This document shows positions 36,236-43,161 of a stretch of 51,578 nt of DNA, in pieces; the first letter of the stretch is position 1; each line of letters opens with the position of its first letter. Position numbers and translations under genes: made by a program. The stretch is from assembly GCA_035373905.1 (NCBI GenBank), contig DAOSOK010000013.1, forward strand, positions 1-51,578, given 5' to 3'. Under the pieces are notes generated by a model. It saw nothing but the letters and a program-made list of their open reading frames with translations, had not been told where the DNA came from and searched no databases. The stretch comes from Candidatus Ozemobacteraceae bacterium (GTDB lineage: Bacteria > Muiribacteriota > Ozemobacteria > Ozemobacterales > Ozemobacteraceae).

Positions 36236-36298
36236 TGCGTTGACTTGCCCTCGGTCATGAAGTTAGAATGCCCGTAAGTTCCGCCTGAGAGGAAGAAC

Positions 36299-37081
36299 AT
36301 GAATTTTATCTCCATGTATGACAAAGGCATGGTCCGACCAAACAACGAGGACTACACAGAGAGTTTCCAGTGGAACTGGTGCAGTTGCACGGGCGTCCAG
36401 GAGTCGTTCACGGCTCTCATCGTGGCAGACGGCATGGGCGGCGCCGCCGCCGGCGAGTATGCATCCTCGCTCGCCGTGAAAACCATCAAAGAGAAGCTCC
36501 AGGCCAGTCTCCTGTCGGACAACGTCGAGGCCGTCCTCGCGGGGGACCTTCGGGAAGCGCTGGCCGGCTACTGCAAAGAGGCGAACGCGGCGATCTATTC
36601 CAAGGCCCAGGCGAACCCTGAGATGGAGGGCATGGGAACGACAATCGTCATAGCTATTATATGTCGTGATATGCTCACGCTGTGCCACGTGGGTGACAGC
36701 CGCTGCTACATGCACCGGGAAAACCGCCTGAAGCGTCTCACCCGAGATCATTCTCTCGTTCAGGAGTTGATCGACGCAGGCAAGATCGCTCCCGACCAGG
36801 CGGAAAAGCATCCGAACAAAAACGTGATCACACGGGCGCTCGGCGTAGCCGCAACGGTCGAGCCGGAGTGTTCACGGCTTCCGATTTTCACGGGGGACGT
36901 CCTGGTCCTCGGGAGCGACGGTCTGTGCGGCTTCGTGGACGAACACACGATCAAGGACATGGTCGAGAAGCAGGCTTCCCAGCCCAACGCGAATCTCAAG
37001 CAACTCGCCCAGAACCTTATCGAGTGCGCCAACATGAACGGAGGCGCCGACAATATTTCCGTCTGCCTCTATCGCCACTGA
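36299..37081 (+). CDS. PP2C-family Ser/Thr protein phosphatase (Stp1/PrpC-like, cytoplasmic).
   Basis: RPNNEDY, ALIVADGMGGAAAGEYAS, TLCHVGDSRCY, LVLGSDGL and GGADNISV motifs. GAGAGGAAG ribosome-binding site upstream. Confidence 0.85.
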   Translation: MNFISMYDKGMVRPNNEDYTESFQWNWCSCTGVQESFTALIVADGMGGAAAGEYASSLAVKTIKEKLQASLLSDNVEAVLAGDLREALAGYCKEANAAIYSKAQANPEMEGMGTTIVIAIICRDMLTLCHVGDSRCYMHRENRLKRLTRDHSLVQELIDAGKIAPDQAEKHPNKNVITRALGVAATVEPECSRLPIFTGDVLVLGSDGLCGFVDEHTIKDMVEKQASQPNANLKQLAQNLIECANMNGGADNISVCLYRH

Positions 37082-37103
37082 CGCCTGACGGGTAGCCCCG
37101 ACC

Positions 37104-38879
37104 ATGACCGATCCGCGGGATACCCGACACACATCCGGTCCCGATCGAAGCGTCGAGGATATGGACGCGCTCGCCCGCGAAATCGACGAACTCGCGAGAC
37201 AGCGCGAGCGGATCTTCCAGGCGCTGAAGCCGACCTCCGCACCAGCCGCCGCAGGCCTTGCCGAGCGCGCCGATCGGCTCGAGGCCGAAAACCGGCAGCT
37301 GAAGGAGCGGATCACCGCACTCGCCGAGTCGAGTTCCGGCCCCCTGGCCGACAAACTTCGAAGAACCGAGGAACTTCTCGAGGAGCGCACGCACGAACTC
37401 CAGCAGATGCGCCTGCAGAGTGCGTCCGAAGCTGCCCTTCTCGAGGAGATGAAGAAGCAGAATGCCGAGATCGAGCGGCTCAAAGCCCGGCTGTCCGAAG
37501 CCGACAAGGAGAAGCCCGATATTGCGGCACTCCAGGACGAACTCCGGAGGCTGAAGCTCAACCTCGCCGACGCGGTTCTCGAGCAGAAGCAGGCCGGCGC
37601 CACGAGCCAGGAGCTCCTGAAGCAGATTTTCGAGCTCAAGCAGGAGGTGTTCCAGCACCAGTCGCAGGTCAGGGACCTCACTGCACGACTCGATCTGAGC
37701 AAGCGGAACGAACAGGCCCTTTCCGAGCAGGAAAAAAAGCAGCAACTCGAACTCGCCGCCCTCCGCGCCGCGGTCGAGGAGTCGGCCCGGCAGATAGACA
37801 GACTGCAAGAGCAGACCCAAAGTCTCTCCGCCGAACGCGAGAAGGCCCTGGAGGAACTCGAGAAGGCACGCGCCGCCGCCGCCGAGTTCCAGACGGCGTT
37901 CACGAACCTCAAGGCGGAATACGAAGCCGAGAAGATCCAGCGGCAGGCGGCCGAAACCCGCGAGCATGAGATCGTGACGTCGTTCGACGCGATCAATCAG
38001 GAACGCCTGCTCCTCAAGGAAAAAGTCTCGCGGCTTCTCGTCGGCGTCAAGGCGTATATCACCCCGCCGTCGCGGCCCGCATCGTCGACGCCCGAGGACG
38101 GGGCCCTCGAGCCCAAGGAGATGCGGCCCTACATCCCCTTCTGCTTCCCCGACCGTCTCCCTGCGCAACTGCGCCCCCACTGGAAACGGACAAAGCGCCT
38201 TCCGCTCGTCACGCCGCCGGGAAGCCTGGTCACCGTTCGTATGGACGAGTTCAACAGACCGATTCGCAAACCGTTGCTGCAGACATACCGGTTCCGCGAG
38301 CTGGTGTGCCCGCCGACCTCGGCCCTGCCGACCGAGCCATATCTGCATTCCTTCCCCAGAGATTTTTCCATCGTCGCATCTCCTCTCGAATTTTCGTTCG
38401 CGGCGGCCCGATCGTCACATCCGTTCCCGGGGCCGTCGCGGCTCGAGGGCGTCGAACGCCGTTTCCCGCCCAGATCGCCGATCATCGAGTTCTCCGAAAA
38501 AATGGTTGTTCCGCCGATCGAGACGAAGGTTTTCACCACGTCGGTCGCCATGTTTTTCGACTACCTCGCAAGCGACATCATCACCGCGTTCCGGAACAGC
38601 ATGTACCGCCTCGGATACCGGTATCCGGCAGGTTCTTCCCCTCGGGAACTCATGTTCGGCCCCGAAACGAAAACGATCTCATCGGGAAGGGTTGCCTTAC
38701 ACACCACTTCTCATCTACAATTCGCGTTGCGTTACCCGGTACGCACGGAACTGCCCCCGCGATTCCCGCAGGACCGGCTCAAATATCTGCTGCGAACGAT
38801 CGGAGACTCGCTCTCTTCCATGATGGCCCGGCTTGACGACAACGAACCCGACGACGACTCGGAACCCAAACGAACGTAA
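37104..38879 (+). CDS. Coiled-coil protein (about 310 aa of heptad-rich helix) with a Pro/Phe/Arg-rich C-terminal half.
   Basis: Long runs with the character E..L...L..E...L between residues about 20 and 330. The C-terminal composition matches the giant proteins. It starts 22 nt after the PP2C stop. Confidence 0.65.
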   Translation: MTDPRDTRHTSGPDRSVEDMDALAREIDELARQRERIFQALKPTSAPAAAGLAERADRLEAENRQLKERITALAESSSGPLADKLRRTEELLEERTHELQQMRLQSASEAALLEEMKKQNAEIERLKARLSEADKEKPDIAALQDELRRLKLNLADAVLEQKQAGATSQELLKQIFELKQEVFQHQSQVRDLTARLDLSKRNEQALSEQEKKQQLELAALRAAVEESARQIDRLQEQTQSLSAEREKALEELEKARAAAAEFQTAFTNLKAEYEAEKIQRQAAETREHEIVTSFDAINQERLLLKEKVSRLLVGVKAYITPPSRPASSTPEDGALEPKEMRPYIPFCFPDRLPAQLRPHWKRTKRLPLVTPPGSLVTVRMDEFNRPIRKPLLQTYRFRELVCPPTSALPTEPYLHSFPRDFSIVASPLEFSFAAARSSHPFPGPSRLEGVERRFPPRSPIIEFSEKMVVPPIETKVFTTSVAMFFDYLASDIITAFRNSMYRLGYRYPAGSSPRELMFGPETKTISSGRVALHTTSHLQFALRYPVRTELPPRFPQDRLKYLLRTIGDSLSSMMARLDDNEPDDDSEPKRT

Positions 38880-38933
38880 ATCACCGCTTCCCGGTATTCA
38901 TTCCATTCAGAGACGCATGACGCAGGAGGACCC

Positions 38934-41072
38934 ATGAAACGCACGTATCTGCAGGACGAGGCGAACACCCACTACAACCTCGGTATCGCCTATTACACGA
39001 AGGGACAGTATGAACTGGCCATCTCGGAGTGGATCCAGTCGCTGATCAAGAATCCGCAGAACGGCGAGGCGCGCTTCAAGCTCGGCGTCGCCTACTACCA
39101 GCTCAACCGCATCGACGAAGCCCTGAAGGAATGGGAGATGGCGGTGCAGCTCGACCCGCGCAACTTCGAGGTGCTGCACAACCTCGGCATCGCCTACTAC
39201 AACAAGGGCGACGACTCGAAGGCGATCGAGAATTGGGAACTCTGCCTCGAAATCAAGCCGCAGGATCCCGAGATCCATTTCAAGCTCGGTATCGCCTACT
39301 ACAACCTCGGCAAGGAAGACCGCGCCATCACGCTCTGGGAAAAGGGCACCAACCTCAACCCCGAGGATTCCGACATCTTCTTCCGGCTCGGCGTCGCCTA
39401 TTACAACAAGGGCCTCGACGACAAGGCCGTGCTCTCGTTCTCGAAGGCGATCGAGCTGAACCCCAAGAACTCCGAGGCGCACAACAATCTCGCCATCGTC
39501 TACTACCGCCTCGAGATGTACCCCCAGGCCATCGACGAGTGGAAGAAGGCGCTCGCGCTCAGCCCGCGCCAGCCCGAGATCTACAACAATCTCGGCAACG
39601 CCTACAGCAAGCTCAATCAACACCGGGAGGCGATCGAGATCTGGCAGAAGATCCTCGAGATCACGCCGCAGAACGCCGAGGTGCTGTTCAAGCTCGGCTC
39701 GGCCTACGGCAAGCTCGACGATCTCGACAAGGCCATTGAATACTGGAGTCAATGTATCTCCGTCAACCCGAACGACATCGAGGCGCAGTTCAACCTCGGC
39801 GTCGCGTTTTACAATAACGGCAACTTTAAAAAGGCCATCACCTACTGGAACACCGTCCGCGAGAAGCGCAGCGAGGACGCCGACATCTGCGAGAAGATCG
39901 GCAACGCCTACTGCGGCCTCGAGGACTTCGCCGAGGCGGCAAAGTTCTGGAACCGCGCCGTGTCCTACATGCCCGACGACGCGCAACTGCACCACAAGCT
40001 CGGCATCGCCTATTCCAAGCTGAACAAGACCCAGGAGGCGATCTTCCAGTGGCAGAAGTCGGTCGAGCTCGACCCGAACCACTTCGAAGCGCACCACAAT
40101 CTCGGCATCGCCTTCTACAACCTGCAGCGGTTCGACGAGGCCCAGAAAGAGTGGGAAAAGGCCCGCGAGCTGAGCGGCAACGACCCCGACATCTACTTCA
40201 AGCTCGGCCACGCCTACCGCCAGAAACGCCGCCTCGACGAGGCGATCGCCTCCTGGAAGAAGGCGATCGAGCTCGATCCGAGCAACTCGAACGCCCACTT
40301 CGTGCTCGGCAACGTGTATGACGAGAAGGGGCTGATCGACGACGCCATCCTCTCGTGGCGGCGCGTCGTCGAGCTGTCGCCGAACGACATCGACGCGCAC
40401 AACAACCTCGGCATCGCCTACTTCCAGAAGAACCTGTTCGACAAAGCCATCGCCGAGTGGGAGGACGCGATCCGCATCACCCCCGAGAACGGAGAGCTGT
40501 ACAACAAGCTCGGCATCGCCTACATCAAGATGGACCTGTTCGACAAGGCCGTCGAGTGCTGGGAAAAGGCCCTCAAATACAAGCCCGAGGACGCCGACAT
40601 CCTCTCGAACCTCGCGACCGCCTACCACAACCGCGAGATGTACGACAAGGCGATCGACATCTGGAAGCGCGTCATCAAGTACAACCCGCAGGACGCCGAG
40701 GCCCGCAACAAGCTGGGCATCGCCTACTACAACAAGGGCATGTACGACCAGGCGATCGAGCTGTGGAAGAAGGCGATCGAGCTCAACCCGAAGGACGCCG
40801 CCGCCTACTACAACATCGGCACCGAGGAGTTCGAGAAGGGTCGTATAGCGGAAGCTATAACAGCCTTCCGCAAGGTGCTCGAGATCGACCCGAAGTTCAA
40901 CCAGGTGCATTACAACCTGGCGATCATCTACGCGCGCAAGCGCCAGTTCGGCGACGCCGTCGAGTCGGCCCGCCGCTACCTGCAGATCAGCCCGACGGGC
41001 GTCGAGGCCGACAACCTGAAAACCCTGATCGACCAGTGCGAGCACGAACTGGAGCAGAACGCCGAGGTCTGA
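38934..41072 (+). CDS. TPR protein with about 20 very regular tandem 34-aa repeats.
   Basis: Reiterated consensus A..NLGIAYYNKG..D.AIE.W.KA.EL.P...E across 712 aa. Confidence 0.85.
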   Translation: MKRTYLQDEANTHYNLGIAYYTKGQYELAISEWIQSLIKNPQNGEARFKLGVAYYQLNRIDEALKEWEMAVQLDPRNFEVLHNLGIAYYNKGDDSKAIENWELCLEIKPQDPEIHFKLGIAYYNLGKEDRAITLWEKGTNLNPEDSDIFFRLGVAYYNKGLDDKAVLSFSKAIELNPKNSEAHNNLAIVYYRLEMYPQAIDEWKKALALSPRQPEIYNNLGNAYSKLNQHREAIEIWQKILEITPQNAEVLFKLGSAYGKLDDLDKAIEYWSQCISVNPNDIEAQFNLGVAFYNNGNFKKAITYWNTVREKRSEDADICEKIGNAYCGLEDFAEAAKFWNRAVSYMPDDAQLHHKLGIAYSKLNKTQEAIFQWQKSVELDPNHFEAHHNLGIAFYNLQRFDEAQKEWEKARELSGNDPDIYFKLGHAYRQKRRLDEAIASWKKAIELDPSNSNAHFVLGNVYDEKGLIDDAILSWRRVVELSPNDIDAHNNLGIAYFQKNLFDKAIAEWEDAIRITPENGELYNKLGIAYIKMDLFDKAVECWEKALKYKPEDADILSNLATAYHNREMYDKAIDIWKRVIKYNPQDAEARNKLGIAYYNKGMYDQAIELWKKAIELNPKDAAAYYNIGTEEFEKGRIAEAITAFRKVLEIDPKFNQVHYNLAIIYARKRQFGDAVESARRYLQISPTGVEADNLKTLIDQCEHELEQNAEV

Positions 41073-41115
41073 CCACGGCAGGTCCGGCGGTTTTCACTCC
41101 TGCTGAAATCATGAA

Positions 41116-41138
41116 GGGGCGGGTTTCAAACCCGCCCC
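41116..41138. repeat. Perfect GC-rich palindrome GGGGCGGGTTT-C-AAACCCGCCCC between convergent genes; a candidate bidirectional terminator or REP-like element.
   Basis: Seen directly. A near-identical copy is at 51165..51187. Confidence 0.6.
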
Positions 41139-41176
41139 TCCGTATGTTCGCGTGACAGACACGGAACATTCACGGC

Positions 41177-43012
41177 TTACCAATCGTGCCGTATGATGCC
41201 ACCGCCGTCGGCGTTCACGTCGAGAATCGCGTTGGCGCCTTCCTGCCAGCGGAATGAACCGTCCGCCATCTTCATCAGGAACTTGTATTCGAACACGGCG
41301 CCGATCGGGAGCTCCAGACTCGTCATCCACGTGAGGTCACCCGTTTTCGTAAGGCGGGGCAGTCTCTCGGCCTTCGAATTCCAGTCGCCGAGCTGGGGAA
41401 GACCGCCAATGAGATGGATGGCGGCTCTGTCAGGAAGCTCCTCGTCGAGTTTCAGTTCGAACGAAATCTTCTTCCGCCCCCGAGCGAACGGATCCAACCG
41501 GGACCGCAGGAGCATCTCGTGCTCGCGAGTCCAGCGTCCCGGGATGTCGGCATCGATGACGAACAGGGCGCAGCGCAAACCGCCGAGCTTCACGCGGAGC
41601 GTTCCGTCAGTTATATTTGCCGATATACATCCAAGAAGGTCGTTCACAGCCGCTGGTTTCCGGGCAGGCGCCGGGAGAGGGACGTTCAGGTCCCGGGAGG
41701 CGGTCGCAAAGTTGAAAACCACAATTGCCTGTTGATCGGGTGTCAACCGCCCGAAGGCATACATGTCACGATCCATTGCGAGATGAATCTGCATACCGCG
41801 GGTCAGGGCCGGATGGCTCTTTCTGACTGCGATCAGTTTTTTCGTTTCGCCAAGAATGGGATTGCCGGCTTCGAACCGCATCGATCTCCTCGTCGAACAC
41901 CAGGGTTCGATCGCACCGTCCAGCCCGATTTCGTCGCCGTAACAGAGGGTCGGGATGCCGCGCGCCGTGAGGAGCAGGCTGAGTGCGAGCAGGTAGCGGT
42001 CGCGATTGCCGCCGCAACTCGTGATGAACCGATCGAGGTCGTGGTTGTCGAGGAACGTCGCGAGCAGGCCGGCGTCGGGATACACCCGATCCATGGCGAA
42101 TCTCACGCCGAGCTGGCGGGCGTCGCCTCCGCGGGAGATCACGTCGCGCAGGGTGTAATAGAGCGGATAATCGAACAGCGTGCCGAACGATCCCGCGTTC
42201 CAGGCGTCGGATAGCGTCGCGGGGTTCCCGTCCATCAGTTCGCCGAGCGTCAGAAATCCCTCGCCGTATCGTTCACGAAGACCGGAATTGAACGTCTTCC
42301 AGAACGAGATCGGCACATGTTTCACCGCATCGAGTCGGAAGCCTGCCGGTCTGATCTGCTCCACCCAGTATTTTGCCACCGAGGAGAAAAACCGTTGAAC
42401 GACGGGCTTTTCGCTCGCGAAATCGGGCAGGCCGAACAGGCGGTATGACTCGAGCTGGTTCCGGTCGTTCCAGTCCGTGATGTTGCCGTTCGCATGGAAC
42501 CAGTCCGGATGCAACGCTGCGATGGGAGCGTCGTAGCCGGCATGATTCACGACCATGTCAAGCAGCAGGGCGAGGCCCCTGCGATCCATGTCGTCGCGCA
42601 GCTCCCGAAGCTTGCGCATCGTGCCGAATCTCGGGTCGACCCTGAAGAAATCCCAGATCCAGTATCCGTGATACGCCTGCTGCCCGTAGAACGGCATGGG
42701 CCGGTTCCGGGCGACGGGACTCAGCCAGACGCCGGTGACGCCGAGATCGGTCAGCCAGTCGAGTCGCGCTCGCAGGCCGTCGATATCGCCGCCGTGAAAC
42801 CCGCGCGGGTCCCGCGGATTGACGTCGAAATCGTCGCACGGGCAGCCGTTCTCGAAGCGGTCGAGCAGGACGAAATACAACACCTGGTCGCGCCAGGAGT
42901 CGATCGTCCGGGATTGGCCGCAACGGCCGGCCGGCACGGCGGCGAGAAGCAGAACCACGCAAGTGACGAAGGCCCGGAACGCCGTTCCGAACGGTTTCGT
43001 ATATTTCAACAT
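41177..43012 (-). CDS. Secreted GH13 alpha-amylase-family enzyme with a C-terminal starch-binding (CBM20-like) domain.
   Basis: GH13 regions LDMVVNHAGYD, GFRLDAVKHV and FLDNHDLDRF. C-terminal LPQLGDWNSKAERLPRLTKTGDLTWMTSLELPIGAVFEYKF. Signal peptide MLKYTKPFGTAFRAFVTCVVLLLAAVPA. GGAGGA ribosome-binding site 6 nt upstream of the ATG at 43012. Confidence 0.8.
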   Translation of the reverse strand: MLKYTKPFGTAFRAFVTCVVLLLAAVPAGRCGQSRTIDSWRDQVLYFVLLDRFENGCPCDDFDVNPRDPRGFHGGDIDGLRARLDWLTDLGVTGVWLSPVARNRPMPFYGQQAYHGYWIWDFFRVDPRFGTMRKLRELRDDMDRRGLALLLDMVVNHAGYDAPIAALHPDWFHANGNITDWNDRNQLESYRLFGLPDFASEKPVVQRFFSSVAKYWVEQIRPAGFRLDAVKHVPISFWKTFNSGLRERYGEGFLTLGELMDGNPATLSDAWNAGSFGTLFDYPLYYTLRDVISRGGDARQLGVRFAMDRVYPDAGLLATFLDNHDLDRFITSCGGNRDRYLLALSLLLTARGIPTLCYGDEIGLDGAIEPWCSTRRSMRFEAGNPILGETKKLIAVRKSHPALTRGMQIHLAMDRDMYAFGRLTPDQQAIVVFNFATASRDLNVPLPAPARKPAAVNDLLGCISANITDGTLRVKLGGLRCALFVIDADIPGRWTREHEMLLRSRLDPFARGRKKISFELKLDEELPDRAAIHLIGGLPQLGDWNSKAERLPRLTKTGDLTWMTSLELPIGAVFEYKFLMKMADGSFRWQEGANAILDVNADGGGIIRHDW

Positions 43013-43161
43013 ATTGTTCCTCCGTCGCCGGTCACGAAAAGGCGTTTCACAGGTGCCGGCTTCCATGGTAGGATACCCTCGAGGGTCGGATGTTCCACCA
43101 TCTTACGAGGTCGCGGTGATTTCTTCAACGATGACGAGAACGGATACCGGGAGGCAGGCTG

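Noticed and set aside
38907-41045. A 712-aa minus-strand ORF exactly mirroring the TPR gene.
   Set aside because: A mirror frame of a repetitive gene. The product is a (V/D/G/L)-rich repeat with no fold, whereas the + frame gives canonical TPRs.
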